Source: Octopus vulgaris (Eukaryota). From it: a stretch of 64,000 bases of DNA. The notes beneath the pieces were generated by a model, which saw nothing but the letters and a program-made list of their open reading frames with translations, was not told the origin of the DNA and searched no databases. The position numbers and the translations under genes were made by a program. Location of the stretch: assembly GCA_951406725.2 (NCBI GenBank), contig OX597828.1, forward strand, positions 16,802,001 to 16,866,000, read 5' to 3'. This document shows positions 38,680 to 53,719 of this stretch, piece by piece. Positions within the stretch are counted from its first letter, which is position 1. Each line of letters starts with the position of its first letter.

Positions 38680-40095
38680 AAGGCAGCAAATTGGTAGAAT
38701 TGTTATCGCGCTGGACAAAATCCTGAGCAGCATTTCTTCCGACATTCAGTTGGGGTTGACTTTATGTTCCGTCCTTTAGGGATCAGTAAAGTAAGTATCA
38801 GTTGAGCAGTGGAATCAATGTAACTGGCTTACCCCCTCCTCCAGAATTGCTGAACCTGTGCCAAAATTTAAGACCTATTCTGCGACAGAACAGTAGATCT
38901 AAGTGTAACAAGTTTGAACCTTCTAATTACGGATACCATCCGTACAATGGGCCTCAGTAATGTTTACGTTTACAGATTTTAATCACATTGCTTTGGTAGA
39001 TCCGAGGCTATGATAAAAGGAATTTCACAGAGATGCTATGCAGTAGGATGGAACCAGCATCTCATGATTGCGAGGCAAAACATTTAGCGATGCTGCGTCT
39101 ATTCTTTTTATGTAATTACCTCTTAAACCTTTTTGTTACAAATTTCCTATGAAATGCATCAATTTTAATTTTCCTTCAATTAATTTTAAAAATTACAGAG
39201 AATTCTCCTGTGATTATTAAGCTGTTGTTTGGAACATAACGATGTAATCGGCTTACACCTTCTCCCGAATTGTTGGCTTTGGGCCAAAATTTGAAACCAT
39301 CATTGGGAGCAGTAACAAAAGAAAGGAGCTGGCCTTATCGTTAGCATGCCGGAGGTAGTGTCACTGAGTGACATTTCATCCGTCTTTACGTTTTGAATTC
39401 AAATTTCGTCGAGGTGACATTGCCCTTCGTCGTTTCAGTGTTGATAAAATAAATACCTGTGAAGCATTAAGGTTGATGTAATCATCTAATCCCCTCTCCT
39501 AAAACATTTCAGGCCTCGTAGAAGGGATTATTACCAGACATAAGACTTTGAGTTGGTAGATGTGTTAGAGCGCGAGTGTAAATGCTTAGCGGCATTTATT
39601 CCGCCGCTATACAATCTGAGTTCAGTTCTCGCTCGGGCCATTTTATTTTTCATCCTTTCGTTGTGACTTCAAATACCCCTCAGGTAGAGTTTGCCTTTCA
39701 TTATATCGGGATCGATAAAGTAAGTACCAGTTGATCAGTGAGACTGATGTAATCGACAAGCCACATTTCTAGAAATTTCAGGCCCCGTGCCTATAGTAGA
39801 AAATATATTTCTTCCGACGCAATACATTCAAATACCGAGTTCAAATCCTACCGAGGTCAATTTAACTTTCATCCTTCCGTGATCGATAAACTTAATTAGA
39901 AGTTAGCTACTAGGGCCAACAGTACCAGCTAACTCTCTCCATTCATTGAAGGCGTTTAGAAACAATTATTTCTAGGATTTACGCTCTGGGGTCAAGTCTC
40001 CTGCATGCCATTTTCGCCTTTCAACCTTTTGGGGTCCATAAAATGACTCACCTGCTAAATATTGGAGTTGATGTAACCAACGAGCCCCTAACAAT
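38680..40095 (+). mobile_element. Cluster of about 6 old, degenerate family B SINE copies, mostly co-oriented
   Basis: Recurrent TTCATCCTT, GATAAA..AGTACCAG, GATGTAATCG and TTTCAGGCC motifs near 38770, 39240, 39430, 39650, 39700, 39870 and 40020. Confidence 0.65.
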
Positions 40096-42054
40096 TCTTA
40101 GTTCTTATACCTAAATGAATAACAATTTCTAGGAAGCTTGAAAGAATAGGTGTCGTTGGTATACAATAAATACGACAAAGAGAAAATTGAAAGAAATGGA
40201 TATCGACTGAGCAGTACATCAAAACAACATTAAATAAACAAATCTTTATCGTTGTTGTTATTGTTAAACTAACCATAGCAGAGCAGACCGAAACTGTTTT
40301 TATAGATATCTATGTTTTCTTCCGTAAAAGAAATTGATTTCGGAGAGCGATATTTGGCTACTATTTCCAGCAGTTCGAGCCACCACGTATAGGTTCCATA
40401 ATAGGTTCTATTGGTTAAGGAAGAGTAAGTTCGGCTAATATGCTTGTCGTAAAAGATACAACGCAAAAAGGAAAATAATAATAATATAAATAACAGCAAA
40501 CGTACGTTTGATACTAAATAACGAGAAGGTCTACATTTTGATAACCATTTGTCATTTGTTTCATTCTATGGCTAGCCTATCATCTTACATTTTCATAAAT
40601 GGGATGTAAAATGCTTAAGTAAATGATACCAACTCAAAATAGGAATAAACGAAACACAAAGAAGAAACAGAAGTACAGAAATAAATGCGCAAATAAACCT
40701 TTGTCTAACAAAACGATATAATCAATATGGGAAAAACCCCTTAAAATTGCGTCTATGTTTTTACTTATTAATTTTTTTGTTTTCATAACTTTCAACTCAT
40801 ATGGGTATTTGTGTTTCATTCACTTGGAATCAGTTACTGCCGCCACAGTTGATGCTGCTATCCTCTCTTGATTCTGCGAGCGATATTTCTTTGGTCAATG
40901 AGGTTCGCTAAGAGACGTAACAGTGTCGCCATCTTTAAAGATCTTTTTGCAAATTCTGATTAGAACGTCAATCAGGAAAGCCGGACATATCTGGGAGGGG
41001 AAAGCAATTTCAAACGCCACATCTAATATGATTGGCGTTATGATGGTTCATTAATGACTGCAAATCCTTCGTTTCTCCTAAATGACAAATGTAGTTGAGC
41101 TTCCATTTTTATTCTTCGTTTTATTTGCTGTATTACTTTTTATTTATTTTTTTCTTTCTTTCCCATTGATTTGCCCCTCTTCAAAAGAATGGCGGCAACG
41201 TGCTTACAAGGTATTGGTAAAGCGGAGATTTTATCATAGATGTCATTTACTTGAATGTCATTGAAGATTTTCTGGGAAACGTCTTTTATGATTGCTATTA
41301 TTTCCTAAGTTTAGTTAGGTTCAAAATTTATACAGGAGAAACACACACATACACAAAAAAAAAGCTTTACCAAGAATTGATTGATAGGAATATTGTAGTT
41401 ATTGCTATCTACACTGTAAGGAAATAATCATATATGAGACAAGTATGAAAGGCATAAAGAACAGACAGTTAGAACAACAACAAAGAAAAGAAAAAGAACT
41501 AAGCACATATTGTAAAGCTTAAAATTCTTTAGTTATTTGTCTTTGATGACAGTATTTCTATGGAGAAGCAGAGTGTCTATTCCATAATGATTTCGATTTT
41601 ATGGTCCATAAACTGCATTGAAGTTACTGTAAATTTCGTTTGGTTCTTTATTACCGAAACCCAACAGAACTATTTGTAGAGAGTTGTTCATTATAAGTCC
41701 GGCTTGTAAAAATGTCACTTTTGGGAATTTAATTCGTTCCGATCTTTATTGAGGAAACTTCATTTCCTGGATCCGGTAATAGCAACCTTTAGAAGTCATA
41801 CATGATGGGGGAATTGTAGTCGTTTCGTTCGAAGCTTATGGAAAAAAGCATAGATGGCTAGATTCAAAATTAAGATGCTTACGGTATCGTGAACCACGAG
41901 AGAATAAAAAAACCTCGATCTAACTACACAACAGTATATTGATAGCCTTGTAATGCTTGTTGAAATATAAAAAAGTATGACAGTGCAAAGCACATGCGAG
42001 AACTGTATATACATACATTTATACACACATACATACATCCATACATACATCCAT

Positions 42055-42093
<39 letters not shown>

Positions 42094-42850
42094 ACAAAAG
42101 GTGTTTACAAGTACGATTTCACTATGATGGCAATTGTTCAAGGCATCGATCGTTTACGGCATTACGTTTTAACGTTCAAGTGTTTGGATTACAACTTAAC
42201 ACTTAAGCGAAATCTTGACATAATATACTCAACATTTGCATTTTATTTTCCTCCTATAGTACAATATTGCTTTTTACTGAGTTTATTGTCTGCCCTCGGA
42301 AAGAAATGCACTCAAAACTATAAAGTGTATAGCTTTGTTACGTTGTGTTATTGTCGTTGTTGCTGTTTAATCCCAGGTCAATTGTGATTGAGACGAGTCG
42401 TAATCAAAGGCCTCTCTAGTCGGAACCATCTTGTCTTTCTTTCTTTTTTTCATTCATATAAAAACCAGATTGTGTAATGTAACTTTGTATGTTGCAGTCG
42501 ATAAGATTTACTTCAACACATGCTTTCAGAAATATTCTATAGAAATTCGTTTTTACTTCACCATTGTTGAATATGATGAATATGTCGTTCAGGAAACAAC
42601 ATTTGAACCCTGGTTGGGATTTAATAATTGAACTAATCCTATTACTTACGCCACATACTATTTTGACGACTGTATGTAGAGGCTTTGAGTAGATTTGAAG
42701 TTGCATCCGGGTTCTAAGCTGTCTGCGTTGTTTTTATCGGCTCTACTGTGTTTGCCCATTATTGCTACAGACATACATTGTGAAGCTTTAACAAATTCTA
42801 AGATTGGTTGTCTAGCGTTTATATTTGTCGTGAGAGTGTTGATAATGAAT

Positions 42851-43074
42851 ACCTATTTCTTTATTACCCACAAGGGGCTAAACATAGAGGGGACAAACAA
42901 GGACAGACATAGGTATTAAGTCGATTACATCGACCCCAGTGCGTAACTGGTACTTAATTTATCGACCCCTAAAGGATGAAAGGTAAAGTCGACCTCGGCG
43001 GAATTTGAACTCAGAACGTAACGGCAGACGTAATACCGCTTAAGCATTTCGCCCGACGTGCTAACGTTTCTGCC
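42851..43074 (-). mobile_element. SINE family B, full length
   Basis: Reverse complement of 30975-31204. Confidence 0.9.
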
Positions 43075-43258
43075 ATACGTTTCTGTGACGTACAAACTTA
43101 ATGATTATTGGTGAAATTTTGAACATCTCCAAATATTCTTTTATCTACTTGTGAAGAAGACTATCAAAGGCCTTCTTGTAGCCTGCCCAGGTCAATGAGA
43201 GATGTATTTTCCTGTTAAGACAATCTTCAAGAATCGTTTTCTTATCATTGTAGTGAGT

Positions 43259-43456
43259 AAGGCGACGAGCTGGCAGAATCGTTAGCACGCTGGATGAAAT
43301 GCTTATCGGTATTTCGCTCGTCACTACGTTGTGAGTTCAAATTCGGCCGAGCTCGACTTTGCCTTTCCTCATTTTGGGGTCGGTAAATTAAGTAACAGTC
43401 AATCTAATCGACTGGCTCCACCCCCAAAATGTCAGGCCTTTTGGCTATAGTAGAAG
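43259..43456 (+). mobile_element. SINE family B (CAGGCCTT tail variant)
   Basis: Same head and body; tail like 2890-2933. Confidence 0.85.
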
Positions 43457-43863
43457 GTTTATTATTGTAGTCGTTGTTGCTCTAGTTTTGGACTTGTCCT
43501 CCTCCTCCTCCTCCTTCTTCTTCTTCATCATCCTCCTCCTCTTCTTCTTATAATAATAATAATAATTATTATTATTTTTATTATAATATCCGTCGACCAA
43601 ACCCAGCGATCCTCACTTCGGACATTCTCTCTTCGTTGCATGAATTAGCCTCGTAGTTCCATTTCTTTTTGCAGTTGTCTGTTCTGTAGCATTTATTTTT
43701 CTCTTTGAATTTTCCTAATATTTCAGTCATTTTCTTAGGTGTCTCTGGCCGAGGATATTGCTCTTTATTTACCCTGCATAGCACAACTTTCCAGACCCAG
43801 TATCGCAATATTCTCCAGGGTCTCCTGCATTTAGTAATCCTCTGCCACCTTCCTTCCCTGTTA

Positions 43864-44150
43864 GTGGAGGCATATGGCCTAGTGGTTAGAGCAGCGAACT
43901 CGCGGTTTCGAATCTCAGACCGGTCGATGTGCGTGTTTTATGAGCGAAACACCTAAGCTACACGCGGCTCTGGCAGATGGTAATGGCGAACTCCTGCTAA
44001 CTCTTTCGCCACAGCTTTCTCTCACTCTTTCCTCCTGCATCTTGCAGCTCACCTGCGACGGACGGGCATCCCGTCCAGGTGGGGGAACCTATACGCCAAG
44101 TAAATCGGGAAACCGGCCCTTATCAGCCAGGCATTGCTTGAGAAAGAACT
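43864..44150 (+). mobile_element. SINE family D2
   Basis: Homologous to 37718-38024. Confidence 0.88.
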
Positions 44151-44632
44151 TTCCTGTTAGGTAGAGTCACTCGGCATTTCTTTTAGTGTGGAGTGAGTTG
44201 TGCATCGTGAGCCGCTTTCTATTTCTTCTATGCAAGTTATATAGCTCAAAATTTGTCCATATCAGAAAGAGAGCAGATTACCTGAACAGGGGAATAGCCT
44301 ATCTAGTCATGGCCTTTAATGATATTCCCTCCATTTAGTTTTGTTTCCAGCACCTTCCTAGTTCTCGTGTACTCTTTAGGGACATTCCTTCTTGCGCTTT
44401 CTCTTTTCAATATCCTGACGTTTTGCTGTACTCTTAGGTATTTGCAACCCTCATTATCCTAATGATTTTGTCGTGTGGTAATTTTATGCCATCAGGTTTT
44501 AACCTTCCGGCCTCTCTTCATAATTAGCACTGCGCACTTGTTTACTCCCGAACTGCATTCTAATCTGCGTTCCAACATCTTTAGCGAATCCCTTTCCCCA
44601 CAAATTTCAAGCTTTGTTCCTATAGTAGAGAG

Positions 44633-44634
44633 AA

Positions 44635-44716
<82 letters not shown>

Positions 44717-44745
44717 AACTACTACTACTTACTACTACTACTAGT
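44633..44745. repeat. (ACT)n microsatellite
   Basis: Direct reading. Confidence 0.95.
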
Positions 44746-45068
44746 AGACTATATAGAAAACTTGGCATCGAAATAATGATTACTTGTTATTCTCAGTAAG
44801 TTTGTGAACTAATTCTAACATTAGAAGTAATGGTGTATAGAAAAGTCCTCTCCGATAAAAAAAAAAAAAAAATAATGGGGAAGAAAGAACAGAGAAGAAA
44901 AGACATCTAGAGAAAGAATGACCTCGAAAACCTTTGATCTGCCTCTCTAATACCAGTTAGCCTTTTCGCCTGTAGCCCCAACCCAGTATTGACCAGTATT
45001 ATAAGGACAATCATCTGTAAATATGTGATCAATCATTTTGTCAGATCCACCATCTTGGAAAGAACTGA

Positions 45069-45115
<47 letters not shown>

Positions 45116-45650
45116 GGGGAGAGAAAGAGAGAATTGTTGCGTACTCTAAGAAGGCATTTGTTACAATTGTGGAGATATATGCGTTAAACACACATTCGCA
45201 GCAAAGAAGATATATAGGGCACCGCATTACACTAGCATATATAATGAGACAAATAACTTAGAAAATAGTAAAGAAAAAAGAAACAAAATAACGAGCTCGA
45301 TAAATATCCTTTCTTAAGTGCAGTTGCGTCGTGGAAAACGGTGAAGGAAAAAATCCCATTAATAGCAATAATAATAATAATAATAGTAATAACAAAAACG
45401 ACAATGGAGAAGGTGTATATCGTGGCAATAGTTGCTGGTGCCCTAGTAAAAGCAAGCGAAGAAGATAAAAGGCGGTTGGAAATGTAAGGTATAGAAATGA
45501 AAATACAGTACATCCAGAAAACAATATACACTTCTTGCAAGAAGCTCAGTATTTCAGAAATAACAACAGCAACAACCACAACAACAGTAATAATAATAAT
45601 AGCCCTGCTAAGAACTGCCCACATCCTAGAAAGACAGCATCAATTCAATA

Positions 45651-46060
45651 CTCTTTACTCTTTTACTTGTTTCAGTCATTTGACTGTGGCCATGCTGGAG
45701 CACCACCTTTGTAGTCGAGCAAATCGACCCCAGGACTTATTCTTTGTAAGCCTAGTACTTATTCTATCGGTTTCTTTTGCTGAACCGCTAAGTGACGGGG
45801 ACGTAAACACACTAGCATCGGTTGTCAAGCGATGGTGGGGGGACAAACACAGACACACAAACATATACACACACACACATATATATATACATATATACGA
45901 CAGGCTTCTTTCAGTTTCCGTCTACCAAATCCACTCACAAGGCTTTGGTCGGCCCGAGGCTATAGCAGAAGACACTTGCCCAAGGTGCTACGCAGTGGGA
46001 CTGAACCCGGAACCATGTGGTTGGTAAACAAACTACTTACCACACAACAACTCCTGCGCC
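45651..46060 (-). mobile_element. SINE family A, full length
   Basis: Complete head and tail. Confidence 0.92.
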
Positions 46061-46392
46061 TATAATACAAACTAAACAAAACAATCCAGAAATACAATAC
46101 ACAGTCTATACTGCAGTTACCCTGTGAAATAAACCTCTACCAGCAGGCAACAGAACCAAAGCATTATTCTATAAACTGATCACTATATTTATTCGAACAA
46201 AAATATAGGTTGTTTCTAAATTGATATTGTGTATTTCTATCTTTTTAGTACTATTACAACAGCTGCAATTCATCATAAGTCAGATATTACAACTTCTTTT
46301 CTTATTAGATGCCGTGAATTTCTCAAACATAAGGGAGTAATCGATTTAAAATCAATATTACAAATTTATAATAAAAAATAATAACAACATAT

Positions 46393-46553
46393 GCGCAGGA
46401 GTTGTTGTGTGGTAAGTAGCTTGCTAACCAACCACATGGTTCTGGGTTCAGTCCCACTGTGTGGCACCTTGGGCAACTGTCTTCTGCTATAGCCTCGGGC
46501 CGACCAAAGCCTTGTGAGTGGATTTGGTAGACGGAAACTGAAAGAAGCCTGTC

Positions 46554-46607
<54 letters not shown>

Positions 46608-46825
46608 ATATGTTTGTGTGTCTGTGTTTGTCCCTCTTTCATTGCTTGACAACCGATGGTGGTGTGTTTACGTCCCCGTCACTTAGCGGTTCGGCAAAAG
46701 AGACCGATAGAATAAGTACTTGGCTTACAAAAAGAATAAGTCCCGGGGTCGAGTTGCTCGATTAAAGGCGGTGCTCCAGCATGGCCGCAGTCAAATGACT
46801 GAAACAAGTAAAAGAGTAAAGAGTA
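46393..46825 (+). mobile_element. SINE family A, full length
   Basis: Complete head and tail; possible AACATAT TSD. Confidence 0.92.
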
Positions 46826-46949
46826 ACATATTTGAACTGGACATAGTCGTACCTTTTAACATAACATGTTTGAAATATAAACTGTTCCCTATTTACTCAG
46901 GATCTTTAATAGATTGTTGGTGATAAAATGAATTCTTAATATGAAAACA

Positions 46950-47550
46950 AATGTGTGGTTTAATTTTGTGTTCAATATTGTAAATTTTAACTCTATCACT
47001 AAGGCACAAATGTTGCAAGCTATATCCTCCGTTTGTAAGAATATTCTACTTTCTGGAAGAACTCACGTCTTTCTGAAAATGCAGCTTAAGTAAAAAAGAG
47101 AATACAGCGTTTGAATGATGTAAATATAGGTTAGTTTGACGAGGGGGATGTATGGGGAATCCTTCTTTCTATACTTTAAATTTATTGTTTGAAAGAGGCT
47201 TCATTTTGGGTGAAGGGATTTACAGTAATGATGGATTATATTGCTTGCGAAATACTAATAGTCACGATTTTCATTTTCCGCAAATAATTTTATTACTGCT
47301 GAGAGTAACCTTTCAAAAATTAGTTTTCTAGACATAGAATTGAATTTAGACGCTAATTAAATTTTCCATTAACATACACGTAACGAAACATTATTTTATA
47401 TTAATAAAAGCTTCAATCAACTATTATATATTACGCAAAGTTTAGAGTCTAATATTAACTGACGTACATCATAGTTTTCCTCTGATGTATATACTTTCAT
47501 GAAATCTACTATAATTTATAACGAAGTATTTAACTGTAGTGGATATTGGA
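46950..47550 (+). pseudogene. Old Penelope-like element RT pseudogene (Naiad-type motifs)
   Basis: Manual translation: FVFNIVNFNSI (FDI..FYPSI-like), GIYSNDGL (GLYRDDGL-like), ESNLSKISFLDIELNL..NETLFYINKSFNQ..NIN*R..FSSD..F....IYNEVFNCSGY; many stops. Confidence 0.65.
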
Positions 47551-47877
47551 TAAAATACACTATGTATCAAAATATTTAGTTTCCAATCTTAGAGAGAGAT
47601 ATATGAATATTTTGTGGGATAATTCAGCTTCTAGGAGGAATGTTCATTCAAACATAGTCCAAGGATTTTTTATGTGAATTAAGATATATTCTAACCTATT
47701 TACATTTATTGCAAAGATGTTCCCAGTTACATCAATTAATACAACTTATCGATGAAACAATATTAAGCGGTCAGCGAACGCTCTCTTCATTGTCTGAACT
47801 GTAGTAAGGGATCTATTAAATATTTGAATGGAAACTTCCTTGCTATTTTCTTTGCTATAATGTAGCAAAATTTAAAA

Positions 47878-48195
47878 ACTCCGCCGGTTACGACGACGAG
47901 GGTCCCAGCTGATACGATCAACGGAACAGCTTGCTCGTGAAATTAACGTGCAAATGGCTGAGCATTCCACAGACACGTGTACCCTTAACGTAGTTCTCGG
48001 GGATAATCAGCGTGACACAGAGAGTGACAAGGCTGACTCTTTGAAATACAAGTACAACTCATTTTTGCCAGCTGAGTGGACTGGAGCAACGTGAAATAAA
48101 GTGTCTTGTTCAAGGACACAACGCGTCGCCGGGAATCGAACTCACAACCTTACGATCATGAGCCGAATGCCCTAACCACTAAGCCACGCGCCCTC
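47878..48195 (-). mobile_element. SINE family C, young full-length copy
   Basis: Flanked by TGTAGCAAAAT direct repeats (47861-47871, 48201-48211). Confidence 0.92.
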
Positions 48196-48473
48196 ACTAT
48201 TGTAGCAAAATAGAACTCCTGACAAAAATTCGGCATTGAGACTGTATGAATTATGAATATTATATCCACGTTGTAAAGGCAAGCAAATTTAATGAGGACT
48301 CTCAAGACACATTCGAAGATTTGGAGTAACATATGGCGACGATTTTCATATGAATCGTTCTATTCTTGTTTTCGGGTGATCTTGCAAGCAGGGAGAGAGC
48401 AGAAACAAACTAGATTCTTAAATTTACTTCACTAAATGCGTTTAAATATTATCACTAAACATGAATGATATGT

Positions 48474-48583
<110 letters not shown>

Positions 48584-48698
48584 ATGTGAGTATGTAATGT
48601 ACAAATGCGTATACTTATGCATCTACTTCAACTACAATATAGAGAGTGGCATGCACGACTTTTTACTTAAGTGTACCATATATATATAATGATATAAA

Positions 48699-49016
48699 GA
48701 GGGCGCGTGGCTTAGTGGTTAGGGCATTCGGCTCATGATCGTAAGATTGTGAGTTCGATTCCCGGCGACGCGTTGTGTCCTTGAGCAAGACACTTTATTT
48801 CACGTTGCTCCAGTCCACTCAGCTGGCAAAAATGAGTTGTACTTGTATTTCAAAGGGTCAGCCTTGTCACTCTCTGTGTCACGCTGATTATCCCCGAGAA
48901 CTACGTTAAGGGTACACGTGTCTGTGGAATGCTCAGCCATTTGCACGTTAATTTCACGAGCAAGCTGTTCCGTTGATCGTATCAGCAGGGACCCTCGTCG
49001 TCGTAACCGGCGGAGT
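48699..49016 (+). mobile_element. SINE family C, young full-length copy
   Basis: Flanked by AATGATATAAA TSD (48688-48698, 49022-49032); tRNA-like head TGGCTTAGTGG..GAGTTCGATTCCC. Confidence 0.92.
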
Positions 49017-49388
49017 CTTTCAATGATATAAATGATATATAAATATATACATATATACATAGATATATGTACATACCTACATATATATATATGTGTATAT
49101 GCATGCATATATGGGTACAGGACATCAAAAAAACATAGAAGCAAATTTTTTTTCGAACAACGAAAAAAACAAACAGAGAAATGATAGATACAACATTAAG
49201 AATATTTCCCTTCTTCAGTTGTCCCTGTTTTAACTACTCCACATTCCGAAGGCAATGAAAAGACGCGACTTCGTTGAAACAGTCCATCCCGCAAAGAAAA
49301 TTGAATAAAATTTGGGATTTTTTGCGGAGGGTGAAAGTGGTAACAAGAACAGGACAGTGAGAACAAAACTGTAACATATACTTATATA

Positions 49389-49434
<46 letters not shown>

Positions 49435-49878
49435 GATACATACATACATACATACATACATACATACATACATACATACATACATACATACACACACACA
49501 CATATATATATATATAGGATCACAAAATTAATTGTAGATGCCTGCTTGTGCAAAATATGTAGTGTACAATCTTCTGAGGATGGATCTGCGATACGAAATT
49601 GTAAACGGGATGTACGTAGGATTGTATACTTAGCGTTCATTTTCGCTTAATATTTGTGCTTGTTCTGTACCCATCTCTCCCCTTTTCGCTGCTTATTTTA
49701 TGAATAGTAACTTAGTTCCGATAGTATTTTGAGAGTTAACGATTTTTTTCTCTCGCTGCATATTCTATTACCCATTTACACTCTTACTCCATCTCGTGAC
49801 TTTTATATAAACATGAACGAAAATATTATTTTTGTTTATGGCTTAAAAGATCTACAAGCAATACGAGTTAATTATACC

Positions 49879-50018
<140 letters not shown>

Positions 50019-50467
50019 ATTATATTACTTTTATTTGAATTAGATATTTGTTATTCTTTTAGCAAATATATCAAATCAACAGTATTCTCTACGGATGCGT
50101 GCAATAAAATGCTTTATACTTGTTTTGATTCCATTATCTAGATATTCTTATTAACACTTACTTGTGTCGTTGCACAAACTTAGTGAGAGGATCGAAGACG
50201 TGAAACGCAGAGTCCTGAAATTTCAAATTTCAACTTTAATAGAGTTTGACATATTCCTTCCAGTGTACAGTACTCTTTTTCTTCATGTTTACACTGCAAA
50301 TATTTCTTCATATTTTTACATGCATACATAACACTTGCGCACACAGAGACAATCACACACACACACATGCCACATACACACACGCACAAAAACACACACA
50401 TACACAGATACAAAAACACATCTGCATGAATGCATGCATAAATATGTTCGTCTATGTATTTTGCATG

Positions 50468-50503
<36 letters not shown>

Positions 50504-50615
50504 CATGTAAACTTATATATATACATATATATGCATATGTGTGTATGTATGTATATATATAATTCTATATATGTATTTACATTTAGGTATACTTATATGT
50601 ATATATAAGTATATA

Positions 50616-50702
<87 letters not shown>

Positions 50703-50987
50703 TCATACATATGGATGAATAGGTATATATGAATACAAACGTATGTGTTGATACACTTACGTAGAAATTCATGTATGGCAATCATCGTACATATGTATAT
50801 AAATTGAAATATATGCATATTTATGATTATTTGCATAATACATATGCACACACAAACACACACACACACACATACACATTTAACTGTAATTTAAATAAAT
50901 GTTTTACATATATTTAGTTATATACTTACATAAATACGTATTATCTAAGTTTGTTTCCTTGCACACACACACACACATCTATATATG

Positions 50988-51043
<56 letters not shown>

Positions 51044-51443
51044 ACATGCATATGTAGACACTCAGGCACATCACGCAATTTACATATGTATATAGTTATA
51101 TGTATGCGTGTGTGTATGTATGTGTCTGAGTGTGTTTAGGAGTTTGTGTGTGTATGTGTGAGTGTGCGTATGTATATACACTGTTGCGTTAATAATTCTG
51201 TGCAACCTAAATAAATCTACATAAAAACAACTTAAATGCGCTGATAGAAATATATTGGTGTGTTTTGACACGTCTAGTAATTAATCATGTAATGAAATAC
51301 ATATAAGTATTTATTCTAAAATGCAGTTAAAGTTTTAAATAATGTACGTTTAAGTCAAAAGTCAACTAGGCTGAAATTTAGAGCGATATAAATATCCGCC
51401 ATATACAAAGAAAGAGAGCAAATAGTTTAAGAATTAAGAATTC

Positions 51444-52119
<676 letters not shown>

Positions 52120-52409
52120 TTACAGTGAAAAAGCATAATAAAATAATAATAAAATTTGACAATACAACAGTGAAAATGTTGTTACATTTGCAAAATAAAT
52201 CTTTCTCCAATAAATTGCAATTTAGTGCTCTGCTGTGTTACGCTGTGTTGTCAACTGTTTTTTTTTCTTAGCTTCATTTTTTTTCTGATAGCGTTTGGTT
52301 TGTGTTAGAACTAAATTTACGAACAAAATTAAAACAGCCAGTTTTCAATCGGAAGACATTGCGTTTAATTTCAACATGGACATACTTCGTAGTAAGGTTA
52401 AACGAATAT

Positions 52410-53250
52410 AACGATGTCGATGACGATGATGATGATGAAGAGGATGATGATTATGATGATGATGATGGTGAAGATGGTGATGATGATGATGCTGATGATG
52501 TTGATGACGTTGATGATGATGGTCATGATGAAGTTGAAGCTGATGATGATTATAATGTGTCTATGATAATGATGATGATGATGAAGTTGGTATTGATGAT
52601 GATGATGATGATGATGTTGATAATGATGATATCGATGACGTTGATGATGATGGTCTTGTGAAGTTGAAGTTGATGATGATGGTCATGATGATGAAGTTGG
52701 TGTTGATGATGATGATGATGTTGATAATGATGATATCGATGATGATGATCATCATGGTCACGATGAAGTTGAAGCTGATGATGACTATAATGTGTCTATG
52801 ATAATGATGATGATGATGCTGATGTTGACCAAGGTGTTGACGATGATGATGATGCTGTTGATGATGATGATGTCGATGATGATGATTCTGACCACGATGC
52901 TGATGATGAAGACGGTGAGAATAATGCTGATGAATTTCATGATGATATTGGTCATGATCATGTTGATCATGATGATGTTGCTGAAACTGATGATGATGAT
53001 GATGATGGTGTGGACGATAATGACGATGATGATGATGATGATGAAGGGGAAGAGGTAGAGAAGATGGAAGAGGAAGAGTAAGAGGGAGACAAACAGGTAA
53101 AAGAGTATGCTGAAAGCAACAATGATGTCGTTGCTAATCATGACGGTAATGGTGATAATGATGTTGATGATGACGATGATAAGGTAGAGGATGATGGTGG
53201 TGGTGGTGGTGGTGGTGGTGGTGGTGGGTGGTGGGTGGTGGTGGTAGAGG
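52410..53250. repeat. Degenerate (GAT)n tract with internal block duplications, ending in (GGT)n
   Basis: GAAGTTGAAGCTGATGATGA.TATAATGTGTCTATGATAATG at ~52530 and ~52764; GAAGTTGGT.TTGATG..GTTGATAATGATGATATCGATGA at ~52583 and ~52693. Confidence 0.9.
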
Positions 53251-53556
53251 TGGTTGTGTTGCTGCCGTTCATTGATTGCTTATGACTAGAATTATGATAA
53301 TGACTGTCATTATAATAAAATAGATTTCAATTATTGAGATGAGACCCTATAAGGAGGCTACGGAGTAATTCCGTGCCTTGGGCAAATACTTAGTCTAACC
53401 AAGACGCAAGTCAAGACAAAAAAGGCAAGCAAGCAGAACGATAAATGCGAGGAGGCAGGGGATGACATTAGTTCGATATTTAAGAGATGAGGAATTACGT
53501 ACATTATTTATATTATTTACATTTGACGGATATTTGTTCTCATCTTGTTTTTTGTT

Positions 53557-53602
53557 AACACAACGTTTCGGCTGATATACCCTCCAGCCTTCATCAGGTG
53601 TT
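53557..53602 (-). ncRNA. Minimal type I hammerhead ribozyme (PLE-associated)
   Basis: Minus: AACAC-CTGATGA-A-GGCTG(GAGGGTATAT)CAGCC-GAAACGTT-GTGTT; stem I AACAC/GTGTT, stem II GGCTG/CAGCC, palindromic AACGTT stem III. Confidence 0.75.
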
Positions 53603-53719
53603 TTGGGGAAATTTCGAACCTGGGGTTTTACAATAATAATAACATCGAAAAATACCTTAGGAATGAGAACCCAGGTTCGAAATTTCCCCAAGACACCTGA
53701 AGGTTGGAGGGTATATCAG

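Noticed and set aside
42498-42631. Acceptor-like site with frame DKIYFNTCFQKYSIEIRFYFTIVEYDEYVVQETTFEPWLGFNN*
   Set aside because: Weak splice signals and no recognisable homology.
43580-44500. Possible RTE-like relic on the minus strand around the D2 SINE
   Set aside because: Motifs too degraded to support by eye.
48699-48775. tRNA-like sequences at SINE heads
   Set aside because: A/B boxes are present but they run into SINE bodies and no full cloverleaf was seen.
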